Origin: Alphaproteobacteria bacterium
GTDB taxonomy: Bacteria; Pseudomonadota; Alphaproteobacteria; JASGCL01
Length of the DNA: 64,000 nucleotides
NCBI GenBank assembly: GCA_965262775.1
Contig: CBDHFT010000005.1
Coordinates: 17,760 to 81,759 of the forward strand
Direction: 5' to 3'
The translations under genes and the position numbers were made by a program. Under the pieces are notes generated by a model. It was not told the DNA's origin, did not search any database, and was given only the letters and a program-made list of their open reading frames with translations. Positions 49,869 to 59,052 of the stretch are shown here, piece after piece. Numbering within the stretch: position 1 is the stretch's first letter; every line of letters begins with the position of its first letter.

Positions 49869-51038
49869 TTATTGGCGTTGCGACGCCCTTATCTTCAAAC
49901 TTTCAGACTTTAATTGCCCGCAGGCCGCCGAAATATCGCGCCCGCGGGGTCGCCGTGTTGGCACCGCATAACCCGCACCGCGCACGATGGCGGAAAAAAT
50001 ATCGATGGTTTCTTCGCTCGAACATTCATAATCGCACCCCTGCCATGGGTTAAATGGTATGATATTTATTTTCGAAGGAATATCTTTGATTAAATTTATC
50101 AGGGCATGTGCGTCGCTCGGCTTATCATTCACATCCTTTATCATGACATATTGCCATGTTACGCGGCGGCCCTGGTAATCGCCTATCAATTCTCCCCGCC
50201 CGCGCCCCGCGCCGCGCTTGTCGTAATATTTTATATCGGCATGATAGATGGCGGGATATTGCCGAACCGCGGAAATTAACTGCTGCAACGGGTATTTCTT
50301 ATTGATGGGCATGATAAGACTGCGTAATTCATCGGTCGCGGCATGAAGCGATATAGCCAAATTGACCATCGTTTCTTCGCCAACCCGCACTATGTCGGTT
50401 GCAATGCCCGATGTCGAAACCGTCACCTTGCGCCGCGAAAACCCCAGGGCTTGGGTATCGAGCATTATTTTAATCGCCTTGATAACTTCGTCGGTATTAT
50501 AAAGCGGTTCGCCCATACCCATAAAAACAATATTGGTAATTTTGCGATTTTGCGGGTCGGTATCGCCAACCTGCCTTTTTGCCATCAATATTTGCGATAA
50601 AATTTCCCCCGCGGTTAAATTGCGCACCAAATTTTGAGTCCCCGTGTGGCAAAAATGGCAATTGAGGGTGCAACCGATTTGCGATGAAATACATAATGTT
50701 CCCGATTCTTCATATGGCCCGCTTTTTTTAATAAACACCGTTTCTATTTCTTGGTTGGTGCCAAAGGAGAATAACCATTTTTCGGTGCCGTCGCTGGATA
50801 CCTGGTGATTATTAATATGGGGATAGATAAGGCAATAGGTTTTTTTTAATTCCTCGCGTAGATCCTTTGACAAATCGGTCATGGCATCGATTGAATCGGC
50901 GGAGCGTTGATAAAGCCATTGATAGAGTTGCTTGGCACGAAACTTCCCCTGCCCCATGTCCGACATAATTTTTTCCACCTGCGCCAGGTTCATACCCAAC
51001 AGGTTGATTTTGGCAGGAAGGTTGTCGGCGGCAAGCAT
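49869..51038 (-). CDS. rlmN: 23S rRNA (adenine2503-C2)/tRNA methyltransferase RlmN, radical SAM
   Basis: CTLNCHFCHTG radical-SAM cysteine motif. The MGMGEP motif is also present. 389 aa. Confidence 0.9.
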   Translation of the reverse strand: MLAADNLPAKINLLGMNLAQVEKIMSDMGQGKFRAKQLYQWLYQRSADSIDAMTDLSKDLREELKKTYCLIYPHINNHQVSSDGTEKWLFSFGTNQEIETVFIKKSGPYEESGTLCISSQIGCTLNCHFCHTGTQNLVRNLTAGEILSQILMAKRQVGDTDPQNRKITNIVFMGMGEPLYNTDEVIKAIKIMLDTQALGFSRRKVTVSTSGIATDIVRVGEETMVNLAISLHAATDELRSLIMPINKKYPLQQLISAVRQYPAIYHADIKYYDKRGAGRGRGELIGDYQGRRVTWQYVMIKDVNDKPSDAHALINLIKDIPSKINIIPFNPWQGCDYECSSEETIDIFSAIVRGAGYAVPTRRPRGRDISAACGQLKSESLKIRASQRQ

Positions 51039-51088
51039 GGCTTATATTTCACTATCTATATTATTATAGGGGACTATCGTCAAAGAAG

Positions 51089-51165
51089 TGGCGATGGAGA
51101 CGGGGCTCGAACCCGCGACCTTCGGCGTGACAGGCCGATGTTCTAACCAACTGAACTACTCCACC
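51089..51165 (-). tRNA. tRNA-Asp (anticodon GTC), CCA encoded
   Basis: The reverse complement reads GGTGGAGTAGTTCAGTTGGTTAGAACATCGGCCTGTCACGCCGAAGGTCGCGGGTTCGAGCCCCGTCTCCATCGCCA. The anticodon loop is CTGTCAC. Confidence 0.85.
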
Positions 51166-51384
51166 ATCATTTATATTTCTTGTCATCGGTTTTAAAAATG
51201 GGGTTTTGCCCCACCCGATGGCAACATTGTATCCTATGCCACTTATGCTCACCCATAAACCGCCCATAAAACGATGTCAAGTTTTAATAACATTTTTTTA
51301 TCATCAGGTATTTTCTGTCGCAGGATGGGTTGCATCAAGCGGCGAATCGGCGCAAGAATCGCGACTGATAAATAATTAATAATC

Positions 51385-52134
51385 ATGACGGAAATATTGC
51401 GCATCGAACATATAAAAAAAACCATTGGCAAGCGCGCCGTGGTGAACGATGTTTCGCTTTCACTGCAAGCGGGTGAGGTTGTTGGCTTGCTTGGCCCCAA
51501 TGGCGCGGGCAAAACCACCCTGTTTTATGGTATTTTGGGTTTGTTGCCCATCAACAGTGGCCATATTTTTATTGGCGATGTTGATGTATCGCGCCTGCCC
51601 GTTTATCGCCGTGCGCGGCTTGGTTTGTCTTATTTGCCCCAAGAACCCTCTATCTTTCGCGGTTTAACGGTTAAGGAGAATTTGCAGGCGGTGTTGGAAA
51701 TAAAAATGAAACGGCAAGACGATATCGAATCTTATAGCGAACAATTGCTGAAAGATTTTAATTTGGTAGAACGCAGGAACGCCGAGGCTGTTACCTTATC
51801 GGGCGGGGAGCGTCGCCGTTTGGAAATTGCCCGCGCCCTATGCGCCTTCCCCACCTTTTTGTTGTTGGATGAGCCCTTTGCGGGCGTCGACCCCCTGGCC
51901 ATTCGCGATGTCAGGTTGCTGGTGAAGAATTTGGCCAAACGCGGCATTGGCGTGCTTATCACCGACCATAATGTGCGCGAAACATTACGTATTGTCGAAC
52001 GCGCCTATATTATTCATGACGGAAAAATTATTGCCGAGGGTTCGCCCAAAGATATTATCAACAATCCTTTGGCCCGCGAATTATATTTGGGCGAGGAGGT
52101 TACCCAAGAGTTAACCGCGGGCACCATCAATTAA
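51385..52134 (+). CDS. lptB: LPS export ABC transporter ATP-binding protein
   Basis: Walker A GPNGAGKTT, LSGGERRRLEIARAL signature, and Walker B LLLDEPFAGVDP. It lies immediately upstream of rpoN, the conserved arrangement. Confidence 0.85.
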   Translation: MTEILRIEHIKKTIGKRAVVNDVSLSLQAGEVVGLLGPNGAGKTTLFYGILGLLPINSGHIFIGDVDVSRLPVYRRARLGLSYLPQEPSIFRGLTVKENLQAVLEIKMKRQDDIESYSEQLLKDFNLVERRNAEAVTLSGGERRRLEIARALCAFPTFLLLDEPFAGVDPLAIRDVRLLVKNLAKRGIGVLITDHNVRETLRIVERAYIIHDGKIIAEGSPKDIINNPLARELYLGEEVTQELTAGTIN

Positions 52135-52161
52135 TTAAAGATTAACGGGGAACATTTCTTT

Positions 52162-53667
52162 ATGAATCAAAAAGTAAAACTAGACCTGGTCACCAGCAAC
52201 AATTTGGTGATGACGCCGCAGTTGCAACAGGCGATAAAATTATTACAATATAGCGGCGACCAGTTGACCGAATTTTTATTAAAAGAAATAGAAAAAAATC
52301 CTTTGCTGGAACTAAGCACCGACAGCCAGGCGGAGCATGCGGGGGCAGGCAACGCGGCGGCAAGTCAATCTACCGAACATAATAACCCCCATGTTTTGGA
52401 AGGTAGCAAAGATGTCCATGGGGTAACCGATGGCGCGAATACCCCCGCCCCCTCTCACCAAGAACAAGATGCCGAACAAAATTTTTATCAAAATGATCAT
52501 AGCTTGAAAGGTTCGGGGTCATTTAACAACGATGGTGATAACGACGCCATAGCGCGGGTTGCGGGGCAAGAATCCTTGCAGGGGCATTTGATGAATCAAA
52601 TTGATATTTTATTTTCTAAAAATAGCCCCGATTATAAAATTGCCCTGGTGTTTTTGGGGTTGTTGGAAGAAACGGGTTGGTTGGCCAGCAATTGGCAGCA
52701 GGACCTGACCTCCCTCGGCGTAACCAGCGCGAAGGTCGAAGAAGTTTTACACAAATTGCAAACCCTTGAACCCGCGGGGATATTTTGTCGTAATTTGCGC
52801 GAATGTTTGATGATTCAATTGCGCGACAAAGATCTGCTTAGCGACAACATGCAGTGCCTGCTTGATAACCTTGATTGTTTTATATCGGGCGATGAAAAAA
52901 AATTATTGGAAAGAACTGGGCTAACATCTGACGATATCAAACCCTTGATTACTATCATCAGGGCGCAAGACCCCAAGCCTGGGCTGGCCTATCAATTTCA
53001 AGCCCCCATCGCCATCGAACCCGATGTCGTGGTGTTTAAAAATTCTTTGGGCGAATGGCAAGCCGAATTAAACAGCCGCGCCAGCCCGCGGGCTATCCTT
53101 CATGAAAAAAACTATCAACATTATACCCAATCACGTTCTTTATTAAAAAAAGACAGGCAATTTATAGCCGAAAAATTTTATGCAGCAAAATGGCTGATAA
53201 AAAGTTTGGAACAGCGGCAAGAAACAATTTTAAAAGTTGCCAGCAAAATTATTGAAAAGCAGAAAAACTTTTTTGATTACGGTATCGAAAACCTAAAACC
53301 GCTTATTTTGCGCGACATTGCTTCGGCGATTGAAATGCACGAAAGCACGGTTAGCCGCGTTACCACCAACAAATACATGGCAACGCCGCGCGGCATGTTC
53401 GAAATGAAATTTTTCTTTACCCAAGCATTGGAAGGCAGCGACAAAGACAACCCCGTATCGGCGGAGGTTGTTCGCCATTATATAAAAAATATCATCGCGG
53501 GCGAAACCCCCGACAAAATTTTGTCAGACGATGTTATTGTTGAAAATTTAAAAGAAATTGGTTTCCAGGTCGCGCGTCGCACCGTGGCAAAATATCGCGA
53601 ATCCCTTTCCATTCCATCATCGGTCATGCGCCGCAAGATGAAAAACAATTTTTTATATCTGGGCTAG
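52162..53667 (+). CDS. rpoN: RNA polymerase sigma-54 factor
   Basis: N-terminal region I (LQQAIKLLQYS). A C-terminal HTH and an RpoN-box-like ARRTVAKYRE are present. 501 aa. Confidence 0.9.
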   Translation: MNQKVKLDLVTSNNLVMTPQLQQAIKLLQYSGDQLTEFLLKEIEKNPLLELSTDSQAEHAGAGNAAASQSTEHNNPHVLEGSKDVHGVTDGANTPAPSHQEQDAEQNFYQNDHSLKGSGSFNNDGDNDAIARVAGQESLQGHLMNQIDILFSKNSPDYKIALVFLGLLEETGWLASNWQQDLTSLGVTSAKVEEVLHKLQTLEPAGIFCRNLRECLMIQLRDKDLLSDNMQCLLDNLDCFISGDEKKLLERTGLTSDDIKPLITIIRAQDPKPGLAYQFQAPIAIEPDVVVFKNSLGEWQAELNSRASPRAILHEKNYQHYTQSRSLLKKDRQFIAEKFYAAKWLIKSLEQRQETILKVASKIIEKQKNFFDYGIENLKPLILRDIASAIEMHESTVSRVTTNKYMATPRGMFEMKFFFTQALEGSDKDNPVSAEVVRHYIKNIIAGETPDKILSDDVIVENLKEIGFQVARRTVAKYRESLSIPSSVMRRKMKNNFLYLG

Positions 53668-53680
53668 GCCGTAGGCCTAG
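53664..53680. repeat. 17-bp quasi-palindrome CTAGGCCGTAGGCCTAG, the left flank of the AT-rich islet
   Basis: It overlaps the rpoN stop codon. A near-identical copy, CTAAGCCTACGCCTAG, lies at 54774-54789 and matches the reverse complement at 14 of 16 positions. Confidence 0.4.
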
Positions 53681-53717
53681 AACCAGACTTTTCAGCTTTG
53701 GGGAGATGACATCTATT

Positions 53718-54686
53718 TTATGGCCAAACGTCAGAGATGACCTTTGCCTTACGCAACGTTTCCAAATTTGTATATCTTGGCCCTTGTAACTGGTCGCCAT
53801 TGCGCCGCCTTTTAATGCGTTCTTCAAAAACCTTAGGCTTATCCTTAAAATTTAATCTATAATAATTAATCATCTTTCCCGTTTTTTTATTATTTTTGGT
53901 TTCGTGAACAACTATGTTTTCGACTGCTGCGTAGTGAGTGATCGCAGAAATAGGCGATTTGCGATAAATAGCCAAATACTTAATTTTGTCTTTTAAATTC
54001 TCGCTTATTCTTATTGCATACCAACAATTTTCTTCCATAAATATTTTATTAAAAGTTTCTTCACCACTAGGCACAACAATGGCATCAATCTGCTTATTAC
54101 CTTGCAATAAATCATTTTTAATTTCTGCTATTTCTTCTTCTGCATCTTCTGCGTTTCTATCATTAGATTTTTTAATTTTCTTTGCCGATTCATCAAAGGC
54201 CTCTAGCCCAATTAATTCTGCAACATGTAATATTTCTTTTAACCTGTTTCTTAAAGACGATTTGCTAGAATCATCAAGAGTCGGTTCGCTAGGAAAATTT
54301 CCATTTTCTAATACACATACACCCAACTCGCCAGCCAACTTGCATAAAGCATATTCTAGCCATTGAATCCGCGCCTTATCAAATTTTTCTGAAAGAATGG
54401 CCACGCCCCATTCCCAAAAATCTTTATTTTTAATATGAGATTCAATCCTTCCCCTCACCGTGGCATCACCCTCGCCAATATAAATACGCTCAACATCATC
54501 ATTATGCCCAGAATAACCAACCAAAATATAAACACCATTATGTTTAAAATTCTCTTGGTCTTTAACTAAATCCCATTTGTCTTTTGGGAACGCTATAGCT
54601 GACCACACCCAGTCGTCGTTGACAATGATGCGGGCACCCTGCGGGTCGCCATCTAAACAACGAATTTTTATTGTATATTCTGCCAT
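53718..54686 (-). CDS. GIY-YIG-family nuclease with a C-terminal DUF4357-like domain
   Basis: N-terminus: GVYILVGY followed by RIYIGEGDATVRGRIESH and then E in QWLEYAL (GIY-x11-YIG-R-H-E spacing). C-terminus: ...ITHYAAVENI...QGPRYTNLETLRKA resembles the DUF4357 consensus as I recall it. The gene is clearly more AT-rich than both flanks. Confidence 0.6.
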   Translation of the reverse strand: MAEYTIKIRCLDGDPQGARIIVNDDWVWSAIAFPKDKWDLVKDQENFKHNGVYILVGYSGHNDDVERIYIGEGDATVRGRIESHIKNKDFWEWGVAILSEKFDKARIQWLEYALCKLAGELGVCVLENGNFPSEPTLDDSSKSSLRNRLKEILHVAELIGLEAFDESAKKIKKSNDRNAEDAEEEIAEIKNDLLQGNKQIDAIVVPSGEETFNKIFMEENCWYAIRISENLKDKIKYLAIYRKSPISAITHYAAVENIVVHETKNNKKTGKMINYYRLNFKDKPKVFEERIKRRRNGDQLQGPRYTNLETLRKAKVISDVWP

Positions 54687-54773
54687 CGCCTGACAATATA
54701 CAATTCAACAGGAAGGCGCAAATGGTTTTTATAAAATTTAAAATTTTAATTTCTAGCGATAGCAAAATTGGTT

Positions 54774-54789
54774 CTAAGCCTACGCCTAG
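54774..54789. repeat. 16-bp quasi-palindrome CTAAGCCTACGCCTAG, the right flank of the AT-rich islet
   Basis: Partner of the 53664-53680 repeat. It lies 36 nt upstream of dapD. Confidence 0.4.
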
Positions 54790-54825
54790 TTTGCAAATTG
54801 TAAAAAAATCCCCTATAGAAAAAAA

Positions 54826-55671
54826 ATGCCCCACGAAAAATTACAAAAAATCATTGAAACCGCTTGGCAACAACGCGACGCTATAACCCCCGACAAACAT
54901 GACGCGGCGGTAAAATCGGCGGTTGATGAAGTTCTCAACCTCCTTGATGCTGGCACATTGCGCGTCGCCGAAAAAACGGGCGACAAATGGCATACCCACC
55001 AATGGTTAAAAATGGCGGTGCTGTTGTCTTTCAAATTATCCCCTAACAAGGTTATCAAGGGCGGCAGCGGCGGCGGTTGGTTCGACAAGGTCGATTCCAA
55101 ATGGCTGGGGTGGGATGAATCTTCTTGGCAGAAACATGGGTTTCGTGCCGTGCCCAACGCCGTGGTGCGCCATTCGGCTTACATTGCCCCTTCGGTGGTG
55201 TTGATGCCGTCGTTCGTTAATGTCGGGGCCTATGTTGATTCGGGCACCATGGTCGATACTTGGAGCACGGTTGGCTCCTGCGCCCAAATTGGTAAAAATG
55301 TTCACCTGTCGGGCGGGGTGGGCATCGGCGGGGTATTGGAACCATTGCAAGCCAACCCCACCATTATCGAAGATGATTGCTTCATCGGCGCCAGGGCCGA
55401 GGTTGCCGAAGGTGTGGTGGTCGGCAGGGGTTCGGTCCTTGCCATGGGTGTTTTTTTATCCGCCAGCACAAAAATTATCGACCGCGCCACGGGCAAAATT
55501 TACACGGGCATGGTGCCGCCCTATTCCGTGGTGGTGTCGGGGTCGTTGCCATCGAACAAAACAATGGCCGACGGCACACCAAGCCCCCATTTATATTGCG
55601 CGGTGATTGTGAAACAGGTGGATGAAAAAACCCGCGCCAAAACATCCATCAATGAATTATTGCGCGATTAA
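54826..55671 (+). CDS. dapD: 2,3,4,5-tetrahydropyridine-2,6-dicarboxylate N-succinyltransferase
   Basis: Left-handed beta-helix hexapeptide repeats are visible. The N-terminus [18 protein letters not shown] is DapD-like. 281 aa. Confidence 0.85.
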   Translation: MPHEKLQKIIETAWQQRDAITPDKHDAAVKSAVDEVLNLLDAGTLRVAEKTGDKWHTHQWLKMAVLLSFKLSPNKVIKGGSGGGWFDKVDSKWLGWDESSWQKHGFRAVPNAVVRHSAYIAPSVVLMPSFVNVGAYVDSGTMVDTWSTVGSCAQIGKNVHLSGGVGIGGVLEPLQANPTIIEDDCFIGARAEVAEGVVVGRGSVLAMGVFLSASTKIIDRATGKIYTGMVPPYSVVVSGSLPSNKTMADGTPSPHLYCAVIVKQVDEKTRAKTSINELLRD

Positions 55672-55694
55672 TAATAATTCATTATAATCGCCGC

Positions 55695-56852
55695 ATGGAA
55701 ACCTCGGTCGCCGTTAATATTGCCAAGCAACTTATTGCTTGCCCGTCGGTCACGCCGCGCGATAAAGGCGCGATGAAGGTTCTAACCGATTTCCTAGAAC
55801 CATTGGGTTTCGTTTGTAATATTTATGAATTTGGTGACGGCATCCACCGCACAAAAAACCTCTATGCAAAATGGGGCAGCGGCGAACCCAACCTATGTTT
55901 TGCTGGCCATGTGGATGTTGTGCCGACGGGCGATGAAACAAAATGGTCGGCCCCGCCGTTTTCCGCCAACATCAAAGATAATTTTTTATATGGCCGCGGC
56001 GCGTGCGACATGAAGGGTGGCATTGCTTCATGGTGCGCCGCCATAGAAAATTTTTTGCAGCAACATAAAAACAAATCGATAAAAGGCTCCTTGTCCATGC
56101 TCATAACGGGCGATGAAGAAGGCCATGCCCAATTTGGCACAAAAAAATTGTTAGAAGCCATCGCCAGCAAGGGAGAAAAACTATCGGCCTGCATAACGGG
56201 GGAGCCAACCTGCCCCGAGCGATTGGGCGACATGGCAAAAATTGGTCGCCGCGGTTCTTTGACGGGCGTGATTAAGGTAAACGGCACCATGGGGCATACG
56301 GGCTATCCGCAACTTGCTGATAACCCTATCCCCCGCCTGCTCGATATGTTGCAGATATTAAAAAATTGGCAAATAGATAAAGGCAATGAAAAATTCGAAC
56401 CCAGCCAATTGGTCATCACCACCATCGATGTCGGTAACAAGGCCGATAACATCATTCCCAGCCAAGCCAGCGCGCAATTTAATATTCGTTTTAACAACGA
56501 CCAAACCAGCGAAGGTTTGATGAAAAAAATTGAATCGATGTTTTCAGATTTTGATAAAAAAAAATGGAGCATTGCTTGGCGCGCCAATTGCGAAAGTTTT
56601 TTAACCCCCGAGGGCACCCTGTCTAACAAATTGCAAGCCGCTATAAAAAAAATCACGGGGTTGGATGTTCAATTAACCACCCTTGGCGGTACGTCGGATT
56701 CGCGTTTTATAAAAAATTATTGCCCCGTGTTGGACTTTGGTCATGTTTATAAAACCATCCACCAAGTTGACGAACGGGTGGCGACGAAAGACCTTGATGA
56801 CCTCGCCAAAATATATTATGAACTCATGGTTGATTATTTCGGGGCTGTTTAG
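55695..56852 (+). CDS. dapE: succinyl-diaminopimelate desuccinylase
   Basis: M20 peptidase metal-ligand motifs (GHVDVVP, the catalytic D in GACDMKGG, and GDEEGHA). 385 aa. It sits adjacent to dapD. Confidence 0.85.
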   Translation: METSVAVNIAKQLIACPSVTPRDKGAMKVLTDFLEPLGFVCNIYEFGDGIHRTKNLYAKWGSGEPNLCFAGHVDVVPTGDETKWSAPPFSANIKDNFLYGRGACDMKGGIASWCAAIENFLQQHKNKSIKGSLSMLITGDEEGHAQFGTKKLLEAIASKGEKLSACITGEPTCPERLGDMAKIGRRGSLTGVIKVNGTMGHTGYPQLADNPIPRLLDMLQILKNWQIDKGNEKFEPSQLVITTIDVGNKADNIIPSQASAQFNIRFNNDQTSEGLMKKIESMFSDFDKKKWSIAWRANCESFLTPEGTLSNKLQAAIKKITGLDVQLTTLGGTSDSRFIKNYCPVLDFGHVYKTIHQVDERVATKDLDDLAKIYYELMVDYFGAV

Positions 56853-56902
56853 CAACCGTTATTTTCTTTTTCTTAACAATCATAAAATGACGCCCCTACC
56901 CC

Positions 56903-58870
56903 ATGGTTGAAAAAATTTTGTGGCAACCGAGCGAATCGCAAATTGCCGCTAGCAACTTACATCATTTCAGCCATTGGCTGTCGCAGCAAGTGGGCAAGAA
57001 ATTTTCCGACTATGCAAGCCTGCATCAATTTTCTTGTGAAAATCTAGAACAATTTTGGTTTCATTTTTGGGATTATGCAGGGGTTATAGGAAGCAAGGGC
57101 GCGGTTGCGGTAACCCACCCCAACAAAATGCCCCATGCAGGCTTCTTCCCCCAAGCCACCTTAAATTTTGCCGAAAATATTCTATGTTCCAAAAAAATTG
57201 ACCGCGACAAAACCGAAGTTTTTTTTAAAGGCGAAACGGGAAAATCTTATAAAAAATCACACGCCATTTTATTAAAGGAAGCCATGCAGTTGGCGCGTAA
57301 ATTAGAAACATTGGGGGTCAAACCTGGCGACCGTGTGGCGGCCTTCATGCCTAACATTCCTGAAACCGTGGTTGCCATGTTGGCAACCTCTTCTATCGGC
57401 GCGGTTTTTACCTCCTGCTCGCCCGATTTTGGCGTGGCGGGCGTGTTGGACAGGTTTGGTCAAACCGCGCCCAAGGTGCTTATTGCTTGCGACGGTTATT
57501 ATTATGGCGGCAAAGAAATCGATAGTTTGCCAAAAATTGCCGATATTGTTTCTCAATTACCGTCCTTGCTCGCGGTGGTGGTGGTGCCGTTCCTTCATGC
57601 CGAACCTAACCTAAGTATGTTGGCAAAAAATAAGCCGCAGGTTATATTGTGGGGCGATGGTTTGGCGGGGCAGGATGCCACGCCGCGTTTTACCCCATTG
57701 CCGTTTGACCACCCATTATTTATTATGTATTCGTCGGGCACGACGGGCGTTCCCAAATGTATCGTCCATGGCGCGGGCGGAACATTGTTAAAATTTATGG
57801 TCGAGCAAACCATCCATTGTGATTTAAAACCGCGGGATAAAATATTCTTTTTTAGCACCTGTGGCTGGATGATGTGGAATTGGTTGCTGGGTTGTTTGCA
57901 CACTGGGGCGTCGCTCGCCTTGTTTGATGGTTCGCCACTTTATCCCACCCCCAGCGTTTTATGGGATTATGCCGAGGAATATGGCTTCAGCCATTTTGGC
58001 ACATCCGCCAAATATATCGACAGCATAAAAAAATCGGGTTATCGGCCGATGGAAAAACACTCCTTTCCACATTTGCGTATGGTGCTGACCACTGGCTCGC
58101 CCTTGCTGCCCGAAAGTTTTGATTTTATTTATGAAGCCGTGAAACCAAATATCCAGGTTGCCTCCATCTCTGGCGGGACCGATATTTTAGGATGTTTTTT
58201 GGCGGGCAACCCCACCCAACCCGTGGTGCGGGGTGAATTGCAATGCGCCGTGTTGGGTATGGCGGTTGCGGCATTTGATGACGCTGGCCAGCAAATAAAA
58301 GAAGGGCGCGGCGAGCTAGCCTGCACCAAGCCCTTCCCCTCGATGCCGATATATTTTTGGAACGATGCCGATGGCCAAAAATACAAACAGGCTTATTTTG
58401 ATCGCTACCCCAATGTTTGGTATCATGGCGATTTTTTAGAAATAACACCAACGGGTTATGTCATCCATGGTCGGTCGGACGCAACATTGAATCCTGGCGG
58501 CGTGCGCATAGGGACGGCAGAAATTTATCGCCAAGTTGAGCAGTTGCCCACTATTGTCGAATCCATCGTTATAGGCCAAGATTGGCAGGGGGATACCCGC
58601 GTCGTGCTATTCGTTAAATTGCAAGATGGCGTAGGGTTGGACGAAGCCTTAATCAATGCCATCAAGAAAAAAATTCGTGATAATTGTTCGCCGCGCCATG
58701 TTCCCGCTAAAATATTGGCGGTGGCCGACATTCCACGGACCAAATCGGGCAAAATAACCGAATTGGCGGTGCGCGATGTTGTGATGGGCAAAGAAGTTAA
58801 AAACAAAGAAGCACTACTCAACCCCGAAGCATTACTATATTTCAAAAACCTGCCAGCGTTGCAGGTTTAA
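56903..58870 (+). CDS. acetoacetyl-CoA synthetase (AMP-forming acyl-CoA ligase family)
   Basis: 655 aa. AMP-binding motifs are present: YSSGTTGVPKC, YGxTE-like, and the C-terminal PRTKSGKI lysine motif. The length and N-terminal region fit acetoacetate--CoA ligase. Confidence 0.75.
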   Translation: MVEKILWQPSESQIAASNLHHFSHWLSQQVGKKFSDYASLHQFSCENLEQFWFHFWDYAGVIGSKGAVAVTHPNKMPHAGFFPQATLNFAENILCSKKIDRDKTEVFFKGETGKSYKKSHAILLKEAMQLARKLETLGVKPGDRVAAFMPNIPETVVAMLATSSIGAVFTSCSPDFGVAGVLDRFGQTAPKVLIACDGYYYGGKEIDSLPKIADIVSQLPSLLAVVVVPFLHAEPNLSMLAKNKPQVILWGDGLAGQDATPRFTPLPFDHPLFIMYSSGTTGVPKCIVHGAGGTLLKFMVEQTIHCDLKPRDKIFFFSTCGWMMWNWLLGCLHTGASLALFDGSPLYPTPSVLWDYAEEYGFSHFGTSAKYIDSIKKSGYRPMEKHSFPHLRMVLTTGSPLLPESFDFIYEAVKPNIQVASISGGTDILGCFLAGNPTQPVVRGELQCAVLGMAVAAFDDAGQQIKEGRGELACTKPFPSMPIYFWNDADGQKYKQAYFDRYPNVWYHGDFLEITPTGYVIHGRSDATLNPGGVRIGTAEIYRQVEQLPTIVESIVIGQDWQGDTRVVLFVKLQDGVGLDEALINAIKKKIRDNCSPRHVPAKILAVADIPRTKSGKITELAVRDVVMGKEVKNKEALLNPEALLYFKNLPALQV

Positions 58871-58946
58871 AATACCCGCTTTAATCTAAAAACTTACTAA
58901 ATGATAGTTATGCACAGGATAATTTGTTATTTTCTATAATTATGTA

Positions 58947-58961
58947 GAACAAAGTAAAAAC
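58947..58961 (+). promoter_or_regulatory. candidate alphaproteobacterial SOS box (GAAC-N7-AAAC, one mismatch to GAAC-N7-GAAC) upstream of lexA
   Basis: GAACAAAGTAAAAAC lies about 90 nt upstream of the lexA ATG. A GTTC also lies 12 nt downstream. Confidence 0.25.
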
Positions 58962-59052
58962 ATCTGCTATAGTTCAAGCGAATTGCCCAAATAATGGGTT
59001 ATTTTACACATTATTCATCAACTTGCCTTATGGCATCGCTCTCAACAAAAAT

